Shown here: positions 1 through 8,163 of the stretch, piece by piece
Position numbering within the stretch: the first letter of the stretch is position 1
Layout: the number at the start of each line of letters is the position of its first letter
DNA from: Acidimicrobiia bacterium
GTDB taxonomy: Bacteria; Actinomycetota; Acidimicrobiia; Acidimicrobiales; Bin134
NCBI GenBank assembly: GCA_022822905.1
Contig: JAJDYE010000016.1
Coordinates: 344,731 to 408,730 of the forward strand
Direction: 5' to 3'
DNA length: 64,000 nt
Notes under the pieces: model-generated
Told to the model about the DNA's origin: nothing
The model's input: only the letters and a program-made list of their open reading frames with translations
The model's database searches: none
Position numbers and translations under genes: made by a program

Positions 1-690
1 CTGCGGGCGCCCAGCGGGTACGGAACCCGTTGGGACGGGGGGTACGAGGCCGGAGATGAGATCAGCCAGTTCTACGACAATCTGGTGGGCAAGCTGATCT
101 GCTGGGGCCGAGATCGGCCCACTGCCATTGCCCGCACCCTGCGGGCCCTCGACGAGCTGGAAGTGAGCGGGGTGGCCACCACCATTCCCGCCGACAAGGC
201 CATCCTGGCCCACCCCGATTTCGCCGCCCTCACCCACTCCACCAAGTGGGTGGAGGAGACGCTCGACCTGACCGGAGTCAAGAGCGCCCCGGCCAGCCCC
301 CCCTCCGACACCGAGCCCCTGGTGCAGCGGGACATCGACGTGGAGGTCAACGGCCAGCGCTATTCGGTGAAGATGTGGGTGCCGGAGACCGCCTCTGCCC
401 CATCCGCCGCCCCCGCATCGGGCGGCGCCAAGCGCCCCAAGCGGGCCGCCGCCAGCAAGAGCGGGGGCAGCGCGGGCAGCGGTGAGGTGACCGTGCCCAT
501 GCAGGGCACCATCGTCAAGGTGATGGTGGCTGCGGGCGACACGGTAGAGGCCGGCGATCCCATCGTGGTGCTCGAGGCCATGAAGATGGAGAACAACGTG
601 TGTGCCGAGAAGTCCGGCACGATAGCGGAGGTCCGGGTGTCCGAGGGCGACTCGGTGGGGGGCGGCGACGTAGTGGCGGTTATCGAATAA
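1..690 (+). CDS. acyl-CoA (acetyl/propionyl-CoA) carboxylase alpha subunit, C-terminal part (biotin carboxylase C-domain plus biotinyl carrier domain); 5' end lies outside the window
   Basis: Frame 1 is open from nt 1 (LRAPSGYGTRWDGGYEAGDEISQFYDNLVGKLICWG). The ORF ends with the biotinylation motif EAMKMEN inside a biotinyl/lipoyl-type fold. Confidence 0.85.
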   Translation: MRAPSGYGTRWDGGYEAGDEISQFYDNLVGKLICWGRDRPTAIARTLRALDELEVSGVATTIPADKAILAHPDFAALTHSTKWVEETLDLTGVKSAPASPPSDTEPLVQRDIDVEVNGQRYSVKMWVPETASAPSAAPASGGAKRPKRAAASKSGGSAGSGEVTVPMQGTIVKVMVAAGDTVEAGDPIVVLEAMKMENNVCAEKSGTIAEVRVSEGDSVGGGDVVAVIE

Positions 691-749
691 CCCGCACGCG
701 GCGCCGGCTGTCGGCCCGGCCCGCACGCCGGTAGCATCGATCACGCTTC

Positions 750-1982
750 ATGGTCGACTCCCAACCGCTTTCGCAGGCCAATACCTCGATCGTCATTCCC
801 AGCGCCGGCCACCTCCAGTCTGACGCCGACGCCTCCATGCTCCAGCGCTGCCTGGCCACGCTCACCCTGCTCGATCCGGCGCCCGCGGAGGTGATCGTAG
901 TGGTGGGCGACGAATTCCAGGGCGAGCCGCCTCAGCAGACCGCCGGCCTGCCCCTGCGAGTTGTCCACCGGGGCCCGGGGCCCTTCGACTTCTCCCGGGC
1001 CGTGAACTGCGGCGTGCTGGCCAGCCACGGCGAGCTGGTTCTGATGCTCAACGACGACATAGAGGCAGAAACCGGCGACTGGCTGGGAAAAATGGCCGCC
1101 CATCTCAGCGATCCGAGCATCGGCGCCGTAGGGGCCGCCCTGCTGTATCCCGACCGGTCGATCCAGCACATCGGCATGGAGTTCGACGGTGCTCATCCCA
1201 TCCACTCGTTCCGGGGATGCCAGCAGTCCGAAGCCGCCGCGGCCGGCGGCGACGGGGCTCGCGATGTGATCGGCGTCACCGGGGCCTGCTTTCTGGCCCG
1301 ACGCCGGGATCTGCTGGCCGTGGGCGGGATGTCGCTGGAGTTCCCCGCCTCCTACGGCGATGTCGATCTGTGCCTGCGGCTCATCCGGTCGGGCTTGCGG
1401 GTGGTGGTGGAGCCCACCGCCACCCTCATCCACCACGAGAGCGCCAGCCGGGAACCGGTCATCGAATCCTGGGAGTGGGAGAGGTTCGTCGCCCGCTGGG
1501 GCGAGCCGCCCCACCGGGGGCCACTCCCTGCCAATTCCGAATCCGACCGCAACTACGATTCAGCCATGACCGCCGATCAGGTGGATGGCGAGGATCGCGA
1601 TCAGCTCCGCCATGAACTCCTCAACCAGCGCGATCGGACCCTCGGAGCCGAAGCGCGCAACCAGTTCCTAACGAACCGCGTCGCCCACCAAGACGACCAG
1701 ATTGCCGAACTGGAAGGCCGGGTGGCCGAGCGGAACACCCGCATAGAGGAGTGGAAAAACCGGGTGGCCGAGCGGGACACCCGCATAGGCGAACGAGATG
1801 CCCGCATCGCCGAGCGGGACCTGCGCATGGCCGAGAAGGACGCCAGCGCCGACGAGAAGGACGCCCGCATCGCCGAGCTCGAGGCCGAGAACCTCCGCTT
1901 GCACGAGGACTTGGCCCGACCGGCCATCATCCGGCTTGCTCGTCGTCTAGTCCCAGGATCGGGCCGGCATGAGCGAGCTTGA
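750..1982 (+). CDS. family-2 glycosyltransferase with a C-terminal coiled-coil tail
   Basis: The N-terminal half has GT2 hallmarks (SIVIPSAG..., LMLNDDIE, LLYPDRSIQHIGMEF). The last ~130 aa are charged heptad-like repeats (AERNTRIEEWKNRVAERDTRIGERDARIAERDLRMAEKD...). Confidence 0.75.
   Translation: MVDSQPLSQANTSIVIPSAGHLQSDADASMLQRCLATLTLLDPAPAEVIVVVGDEFQGEPPQQTAGLPLRVVHRGPGPFDFSRAVNCGVLASHGELVLMLNDDIEAETGDWLGKMAAHLSDPSIGAVGAALLYPDRSIQHIGMEFDGAHPIHSFRGCQQSEAAAAGGDGARDVIGVTGACFLARRRDLLAVGGMSLEFPASYGDVDLCLRLIRSGLRVVVEPTATLIHHESASREPVIESWEWERFVARWGEPPHRGPLPANSESDRNYDSAMTADQVDGEDRDQLRHELLNQRDRTLGAEARNQFLTNRVAHQDDQIAELEGRVAERNTRIEEWKNRVAERDTRIGERDARIAERDLRMAEKDASADEKDARIAELEAENLRLHEDLARPAIIRLARRLVPGSGRHERA
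1718..1788 (+). repeat. 42-bp-period in-frame tandem repeat inside the GT2 coiled-coil tail
   Basis: ccgggtggccgagcggaacacccgcatag (1718-1746) recurs as ccgggtggccgagcgggacacccgcatag (1760-1788), with 1 mismatch. More degenerate copies follow to ~1900. Confidence 0.8.
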
Positions 1983-2931
1983 CCTCAAACAGGTCAGCGC
2001 GGAGATCGAGGCTGATGCCGACAAGCGCCGCCGCCAAGACCGGGAGATCGCCCAGCTTGAACACGACATAGAGCAAGCTTGGGCCGACATCGCCGAGTCC
2101 GAGTCCTGTCTGCACGTCATCGACGAAGACGGCGATTTCTTGAACCAGGCCGCCAATCTGGCCTCGCTCGACCCCCATGTCCCGATCGGGTCGCGCCGGG
2201 GACTCCGTGGCGTCAAGTGGCTTGTCCGCAAACTGTCCTACTGGTACGCCCGCTTTCTCACCGACCAGTTCAACGTGTTCGCCGGAGTGCTGATCCGGCA
2301 CCTGCGCAACGTCGAAACCCGACTGGGCCGACTGGAAGGCGCGGCCGGCTATCTGGGCGACGGCACCGTTCCGGCCGGCTTCGGTGTTCTCGACAGTCCT
2401 CCTGAGCCATCGTCCGAAGTGGTGTCCCACGTCGCCGGCTTGGCGGGCTCGGGGCCGTGTCTGGTGCTGTCCGGTGGGAAAGGCGCCATAGTCGAGGCCA
2501 TCAGCCAGCAGGGCATCAGCGTCCACGGCGTGGAACAAGACCCCGACCGGGTTCTCGCCGGACTCCGCCGTCGCCTCGACATTCGAGCGGGCGGCGTGCT
2601 CCCCCATCTGGTGGGCGCCGAGAACGGGGAATTCGGCACGATCGTGCTCACCGGGTTTGTGGAGACCCTCCCGCTCAGAGACCTGGTCGGAATGGTCAAC
2701 CAGGCCAGCCTGAAGCTGAAGAAAACCGGGCGGATCGTGGTGGCAGTGGCCGACCCCGCAGCCCGGGCCCGGGTAGAAGCCGAGCTGGGCTCGGGGCTGG
2801 GGATATCGCCGGTCACCTGGCGGCACCTGTTGGAGCAGGCCGGCTTCGACGCCAGCCTGGAGCCCTGCTCCGACTCCCGCATCACCGAGATAGTGGTCGC
2901 CCAGCGCACCGCCCCGCCGAGCCGGCCATGA
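1969..2931 (+). CDS. coiled-coil N-terminus plus class-I methyltransferase-like domain (degenerate SAM motif I)
   Basis: The N-terminus is helical and charged (EIEADADKRRRQDREIAQLEHDIEQAW). The C-terminal half resembles a Rossmann methyltransferase fold (CLVLSGGKGAIVEAISQQGISVHGVEQD ... GTIVLTGFVETLP ... LKKTGRIVV). It overlaps the upstream GT2 stop by 14 nt. Confidence 0.5.
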   Translation: MSELDLKQVSAEIEADADKRRRQDREIAQLEHDIEQAWADIAESESCLHVIDEDGDFLNQAANLASLDPHVPIGSRRGLRGVKWLVRKLSYWYARFLTDQFNVFAGVLIRHLRNVETRLGRLEGAAGYLGDGTVPAGFGVLDSPPEPSSEVVSHVAGLAGSGPCLVLSGGKGAIVEAISQQGISVHGVEQDPDRVLAGLRRRLDIRAGGVLPHLVGAENGEFGTIVLTGFVETLPLRDLVGMVNQASLKLKKTGRIVVAVADPAARARVEAELGSGLGISPVTWRHLLEQAGFDASLEPCSDSRITEIVVAQRTAPPSRP

Positions 2932-2968
2932 GCCTCGCTGTGCCAATCATGAGCCCACTGAGCCGGCC

Positions 2969-4030
2969 ATGAGCCCCACCGTCGACCTGTTGATCCCGCA
3001 GATGGCCACGGGAGACGCCACCAGCAATCACACCCGGCTGATCCAGCAGCTCCTCGAAGAGAAGGGGTTAGAGACCCGTGTCGTGGTAGAGCGCAAGAGC
3101 CGGTCCGACGGCAGCGACCTGTCGGTCGAGAAGTGGAAGGGCGACGCCCGGGTCTCGATTCTCCAGCACTCCATCGGGTCGGAGGTAGCTCAGTTCGTGA
3201 TCCGGAAGAAGACGCCGGTCGTGCTCAACTACCACAACATCACCCCCGCCAGTTACTTCCAGTCGTGGCAGCCCGAACTGGCCAAGAGCGTCCAGCGAGG
3301 ACGCCAGCAGCTCGGCCAACTGGCCCGGCTGACCCGTCGAGGGATCGCCGACTCGGAGTTCAACGCCCGGGAACTGAGGGACTTGGGCATCGACGACGTG
3401 GTGGTCGCCCCCGTGCTGTGGAAGCTGGGCAGCGGCGTGCCGCCGTCTGAGCCGGGCGACAGCACCGACATCGACGGCGGGGGGACCGTGTTGTTCGTCG
3501 GCCGGCTGGCCCCCAACAAGTGCCAGCACGATCTCATCGCCGCCTTCGCGGTGCTGTCGCGGTTCCGCCCCGAGGCCAGGCTGGTGCTCGTTGGACAAGC
3601 CTCTCCTCCCCAATACCTGCACTCTTTGAAGAGCCTCGCTCGCCGCCTCGGCGTACACGGTCGGGTGGTGTTCGCCGGCAAGGTGTCCGACAAGAACCTC
3701 CTCCAGTGGTATCAGCTGTCCGATGTGCTGGCCTGCACATCGGAGCACGAGGGCTTCGGAGTGCCCCTGGTCGAGGCCATGGCCAACGGCCTGCCCGTGG
3801 TGGCCTACGACGCGGCCGCGGTGGCCGAGACGGTCCAGGATGCGGGCATCGTGATACGCGACAAGCGGCCGGTGACCATGGCCCTGGCCCTCCACCGAGT
3901 GCTGAGCGACGGTCAGCTTCGCCAGAGCCTGCGCGACCGCGGCGTCAAGTCGGCCCAGCGGTTCGACATCTCCGTCACCCGCGAGCAGATGTGGATCGCC
4001 CTCAAAGACCTGGTGGAAGTCGGGGACTGA
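2969..4030 (+). CDS. GT4 (group-1) glycosyltransferase
   Basis: It carries the retaining GT-B signature EHEGFGVPLVEAMANGLPVVAYD and has the typical ~350 aa size. Confidence 0.85.
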   Translation: MSPTVDLLIPQMATGDATSNHTRLIQQLLEEKGLETRVVVERKSRSDGSDLSVEKWKGDARVSILQHSIGSEVAQFVIRKKTPVVLNYHNITPASYFQSWQPELAKSVQRGRQQLGQLARLTRRGIADSEFNARELRDLGIDDVVVAPVLWKLGSGVPPSEPGDSTDIDGGGTVLFVGRLAPNKCQHDLIAAFAVLSRFRPEARLVLVGQASPPQYLHSLKSLARRLGVHGRVVFAGKVSDKNLLQWYQLSDVLACTSEHEGFGVPLVEAMANGLPVVAYDAAAVAETVQDAGIVIRDKRPVTMALALHRVLSDGQLRQSLRDRGVKSAQRFDISVTREQMWIALKDLVEVGD

Positions 4031-4093
4031 TCCTCCGTCACCCGCGAGCATATGTGGATCGCCCTCAAAGACCTGGTGGAAGTCGGGGACTGA
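3968..4093 (+). repeat. 63-bp tandem duplication covering the last 20 codons and stop codon of the GT4 gene
   Basis: The 60-nt core of copy 1 (3971-4030) and of copy 2 (4034-4093) differ at 1 position (cagatg vs catatg). Both copies end in ggggactga. Confidence 0.9.
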
Positions 4094-4108
4094 TCCCGGC
4101 GGGCAGCC

Positions 4109-6037
4109 TCAGCGCCGGCCGAAGCCCCTTATCAACCCGGCAACCTTGTTGTGGACTCGCTCCCGCCACGCCACCCGGGCCAATCGGGCCTGGACCTCGG
4201 CCAGCTCAGACTGGAGCTGCGCCAGCCTGGCATCGGCTTGTGCCAGTTGCGCCTGGGCCTGCTCCAAGCCCACCGCCGTCTCGTGCTGCTCGGACAGCTG
4301 GGCCAGCAGCTCCTGTTGTCTATGGACCAGATGCTCCATGCGACGGTAGGGGGCCAGCGGCGATCCCAACCGGTCCATCCGGGACCGGGACCCCGCATCG
4401 TGCAGTTCGGCCAGCCTCACCGCCGGCTGGCGGTAGACCAGACCCATCAGCTCGCCCTCGGCCTGTCTCCACCGGCTGAGCAGGTCGTCGTCGATGTGTT
4501 CGCCGATCAGTCCGCCGAGATGAGCCACCAGGCGGTCGTTGCTCCAGGTCACCGGCCAGGGCAGATGGCAGCGGGCGCTCAGCAGGGCGGAGACCGTCTT
4601 CCACAGCCCTCTGACCACCGCCAAACGAACATCCACTCCCCCGGCGGCCACCCATTCCCGGTCCACGAACTTGAGGCCCTCCGCAGTCATCACAAAGTTG
4701 TCGGGCCCGGAATCCAACCACACCGGGGGCAGCGCCCGTTCGGCATCGGCCGGCAGATAGGGGTGGGGCGCGGCAACCGAGTCGATCGGAGTCTCCCGAG
4801 CAGACAGCGCGGCCCGCCAGTTCCGCAACAGCTCGGCGAATCCGTCCTCGTCGCCCTCCCGGGCGCAGTCCAGCAGACACTGCTCGAGGTTCCGGCCCGG
4901 GTAGTAGGGCTCCTCGGACACCTCCACCTGCCCGAGCCACCCGTCGAGATCACCGGCCCTGTCTTCATCCAGCAGACTGCGCCTCACCACCAGGCTCTGG
5001 TCCGAATCCACCACCACGGCCTGCAGTCTCCAGCGCCGTTGTCGATCCGGGGCCACGCGCCAGGCCAGCGACCGCTGGTCAACCCGCTCTGCCACCGCTT
5101 CTTTGCTCCGACCGGCGACCACCAGAAAAGAGTTGGCCACATCGGGTCCCAGGCCCGCCGTCAGCAGCGCTCGGTGGGCGGCCCGCTCATCGGCAACCAC
5201 CACCGGACGGGCATATTCGCTGCTGGTGGGGTGGCCCACGATTTGGTCGACCATGTCGACGCCATCGGGTCGGCCATAGATCTCCTCGGCCAGCACCGCG
5301 GTGGGCAGCTTGTAGTCGGGAAACGGGTACAGCCACTTCTGGGTCCCCAACCCGGCGTCGGCCAGCATCTCGGCCAGCTCCCGCCGCGACCAGGTGGTGG
5401 GCTCCCCGTCGCGGTAGCCCTCCCAGCCCACCCAGGGCAGCCCCAGATGGTCTTCGGGAAATCCCAGCAGGTACTTGAGCCCGAGGCGGTTCTCAATGGC
5501 CAACACCACCACTCCGTCGGGAGCGAGGGCATCCACCGCCCGGCTGAGAAGGGCCGCGGGCCCGTCTCCCCCACCCTGGCCGGTGCCGGCGTATTCCAGC
5601 ACTCCCACCAACAGAACCACGTCGTAGGCCTCGCTCCCGCCGTCGCCCAGCGCATCCAGCGGCCCACACAGAACCCCCACGTCGTGAAGTCCGGCACAGC
5701 GATGGGCGATCAGCTCGGCTCGGGCTTCACTGCCCTCCACCGCGGTCACCGCCGCCCCCCGGTCGGCGCAGATCCGGGTGTTGACTCCCGAGCCCGCCCC
5801 CACGTCCAACACCCTGTCGCCAGATCCGATGGCCACCGGGGCCAATAAGACGGCCCGTTCCGGCGCCAGGTGATAGGCCGTGGGCCAGTCGTGGATCGCC
5901 GACGCCAGCTCATCCGACCCCACTCGGCGGTCTTCCGCGGCTCGCAGCACGGCCAGCAGCTCGTCCTCAGCCCCGTCGGCATAGGGCAGCGAGTCGCCGA
6001 TCATGGTGATTGGCAAAGGTTCAGCGCTCATCAGCAC
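4109..6037 (-). CDS. SAM-dependent methyltransferase with a large middle domain and C-terminal coiled coil (WbdD-like chain-terminator candidate)
   Basis: SAM motif I VLDVGAGSGVNT lies near the N-terminus. A ~300 aa central domain is unassigned. The C-terminus is an alanine/glutamine-rich coiled coil (LLAQLSEQHETAVGLEQAQAQLAQADARLAQLQSELAEVQARLARV). It sits directly beside the Wzt/Wzm genes. Confidence 0.65.
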   Translation of the reverse strand: MLMSAEPLPITMIGDSLPYADGAEDELLAVLRAAEDRRVGSDELASAIHDWPTAYHLAPERAVLLAPVAIGSGDRVLDVGAGSGVNTRICADRGAAVTAVEGSEARAELIAHRCAGLHDVGVLCGPLDALGDGGSEAYDVVLLVGVLEYAGTGQGGGDGPAALLSRAVDALAPDGVVVLAIENRLGLKYLLGFPEDHLGLPWVGWEGYRDGEPTTWSRRELAEMLADAGLGTQKWLYPFPDYKLPTAVLAEEIYGRPDGVDMVDQIVGHPTSSEYARPVVVADERAAHRALLTAGLGPDVANSFLVVAGRSKEAVAERVDQRSLAWRVAPDRQRRWRLQAVVVDSDQSLVVRRSLLDEDRAGDLDGWLGQVEVSEEPYYPGRNLEQCLLDCAREGDEDGFAELLRNWRAALSARETPIDSVAAPHPYLPADAERALPPVWLDSGPDNFVMTAEGLKFVDREWVAAGGVDVRLAVVRGLWKTVSALLSARCHLPWPVTWSNDRLVAHLGGLIGEHIDDDLLSRWRQAEGELMGLVYRQPAVRLAELHDAGSRSRMDRLGSPLAPYRRMEHLVHRQQELLAQLSEQHETAVGLEQAQAQLAQADARLAQLQSELAEVQARLARVAWRERVHNKVAGLIRGFGRR

Positions 6038-6049
6038 ATCCCGGCCGGC

Positions 6050-7276
6050 TCAGACCCCGGCCCGCCAGTCGCCCTCCAGGTTCAACAGCCCGTTGGCCTG
6101 CGGATCGGGCTCACCGGAAATCTGAAGCCAGAACTCCCGGGCTCGGCGGTCGTAGAGAAACGAGGCGTCAGAATCCTGCACGGCGGCGTTGACATGAAAC
6201 GCACCCGAGCGGAACGGTATGCGGAGCAGGCGAAACTCCACCCACCCCTCGCCGTCCACCTTGCCCGGTCGGAACCCGTCGACGTGGGAGCGGGGGCCGG
6301 CCAGGTGCAGGTTGTTGTGGTCGTAGAACCCCAGTGAGAACACCGGGTCTTCAACCGGCTCCGAGGCGGAGTAGTGGATGCGCACGACCAGCGGATCGCC
6401 CGATGCGAAGGACTTGGGCCGGTGACCGGCCCCATCGAAGAATTCCAGGTTCGTGATGCGCAACGGCGTCTCCCCCTCGGTATCGGAGCGGGGACGGTGA
6501 CCCACCGAGGCGGCCCCCTCGGTGTCGATGGTGTCGAGGTAGGCGTTGACCACATCCTGGGGATCGCCCACCGCGGCCAGCAGCCCGCGGTTGAGCCAGG
6601 CCATCTGATCGCAGTTGGCCCGCAGCATCCCCAGATCGTGGCTGACCAACACGATGGTCACCCCTTGGGACCGCAGCGACTCCAAGTGGCTGAAACACCG
6701 GAGCTGGAACTCCTCGTCGCCCACGGCCACCACCTCGTCGACGATGAGGATCTCGGGGTCGACGTGGACGGCGACCGCGAAGCCCAGCCTCACGTACATG
6801 CCGCTGGAGTAGATCTTGACCGGGCTGTCGATGAACTCCTCCAAGCCGGCGAATTCGACGATCTGCTCCACTCGGTCATCAATCTGAGACTTCGGCACCC
6901 CGAGCACTGAGGCGTTGAGGTAGATGTTCTCCCGGCCGCTCAATGCGGGGTGGAACCCTGCCCCCAGCTCCAAGAGGGCCGACGTCCGGCCGTTGGCTTC
7001 GACTCGGCCTTCGGTGGGGCGGTAGATCCCGGCCATGACCCGCAGCAGGGTGGACTTGCCCGATCCGTTGCGTCCCACCAGCCCGTACATCGAACCCCGG
7101 GGCACCTCCAGGCTGATGTCTCGAAGCGCCCAGAACGGCTCACTGCGCACCCGGCGGAATGAGCGGCCCGATCCGGGGCGCAGCCCCGTCCACGCTTCCT
7201 TCAGGCTGAGGGGCCGGTCCAAGGTCACCCGGAAGCGCTTGGACACGCCCTCGACGACCACCGCGTTCTCGCCCAT
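6050..7276 (-). CDS. wzt: polysaccharide ABC exporter ATP-binding protein with a C-terminal substrate-binding-type extension (Wzt/TagH-like)
   Basis: It has Walker A GRNGSGKST, signature YSSGM and Walker B ILIVDE. A ~150 aa beta-rich C-terminal extension follows (LRITNLEFFDGAGHRPKSFASGDPLVVRIHY...). Confidence 0.85.
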   Translation of the reverse strand: MGENAVVVEGVSKRFRVTLDRPLSLKEAWTGLRPGSGRSFRRVRSEPFWALRDISLEVPRGSMYGLVGRNGSGKSTLLRVMAGIYRPTEGRVEANGRTSALLELGAGFHPALSGRENIYLNASVLGVPKSQIDDRVEQIVEFAGLEEFIDSPVKIYSSGMYVRLGFAVAVHVDPEILIVDEVVAVGDEEFQLRCFSHLESLRSQGVTIVLVSHDLGMLRANCDQMAWLNRGLLAAVGDPQDVVNAYLDTIDTEGAASVGHRPRSDTEGETPLRITNLEFFDGAGHRPKSFASGDPLVVRIHYSASEPVEDPVFSLGFYDHNNLHLAGPRSHVDGFRPGKVDGEGWVEFRLLRIPFRSGAFHVNAAVQDSDASFLYDRRAREFWLQISGEPDPQANGLLNLEGDWRAGV

Positions 7277-7279
7277 CGC

Positions 7280-8158
7280 CTAGAGCTCCTCGGCGATGTC
7301 GCGGGTTCGGACTTTGAACATCAACCAGCCACCCGCGCCCACCGCCAGCGAGATCAGCGCCATGAGCCCCAATCGAAGCAGACCGGGCCAGTCCAATCCG
7401 TACAGCAGCTCGCGAGAGGCCTCAGTGAACTGTGATAGCGGATTCAACCGGATGATGTCGCGCACCGGCAGCCCCATGGCCCGCTCGGGGATCAACGACA
7501 GCGGATAGACGATCGGCGTCACATAGAAGAGGAACTGCAAGACAATGGTGGACAGGTAGCCCACGTCGCGATAGCGCACGTTCCACACGCTGAGCACCAG
7601 GCCGATCCCCAGGGCAAAGATGGCCAAGAACAGCAGGAGGACAGGCCACAGCAGGAAGGTCCAACTCACGTTGACCAGGCAGATGAGGATCAGCATCAAG
7701 ATGGACGCCTCGATGGCCGCTTGGAACAGCACGGTGAGAAGGGCGGCGACCGCCGGGGCCTCCGGGGGGAAGTACACCTTGCCGAGAAGCGAGCCCAAGT
7801 CCAACAACGCGCTCATCGCCCCGGTGATGACTCCGTAGAAGGCGTTCCACATGACCAGGGCGCAAAACAGGTAGAGGGCGAAGTTGTCGAAGCGGCCGTT
7901 GCCGGCCCGAGGGGGGTCGAACTTCAACAGCACCCCGAACACCAGCGCGTAGATGGCCAGGGTGGCCGCCGGATTGAGCATCGACCACAGCCACCCCAGC
8001 ACCGATCGCTTGTAGCGCGACCCCAGCTCCCGCTGCACCAGGCGTCCGATCAGCTCCCGGTAGCCCCAGATCTCCAGGACGCCGCCCCGGTTTGTGAGCG
8101 CCGCCCAAGACCACCTCATCGATCCGAGGCGGCCCACTCCTCCCGCGCTGCCTTTCAT
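7280..8158 (-). CDS. wzm: ABC-2 type polysaccharide exporter permease (Wzm-like)
   Basis: It is a six-TM-type hydrophobic profile immediately upstream of wzt. The ORF is open to 8188, but the ATG at 8158 follows the upstream stop (8164) by 5 nt, so the start is uncertain. Confidence 0.8.
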   Translation of the reverse strand: MKGSAGGVGRLGSMRWSWAALTNRGGVLEIWGYRELIGRLVQRELGSRYKRSVLGWLWSMLNPAATLAIYALVFGVLLKFDPPRAGNGRFDNFALYLFCALVMWNAFYGVITGAMSALLDLGSLLGKVYFPPEAPAVAALLTVLFQAAIEASILMLILICLVNVSWTFLLWPVLLLFLAIFALGIGLVLSVWNVRYRDVGYLSTIVLQFLFYVTPIVYPLSLIPERAMGLPVRDIIRLNPLSQFTEASRELLYGLDWPGLLRLGLMALISLAVGAGGWLMFKVRTRDIAEEL

Positions 8159-8163
8159 AACCC

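Noticed and set aside
1601-1930. Regularly spaced repeats that might suggest a CRISPR-like or minisatellite array
   Set aside because: The repeats are in frame within the GT2 ORF and encode a coiled coil. There are no unique spacers, no leader and no cas genes.
4151-5848. 565-aa plus-strand ORF, and similar long shadow ORFs at 19975-21123 (-), 24935-26221 (-), 35838-37241 (-), 42236-43900 (-) and 62000-63616 (+)
   Set aside because: Each lies antisense to, or out of frame with, a gene that has clear family motifs. Their composition (Arg/Pro/Gly-rich) is characteristic of non-coding frames in GC-rich sequence.
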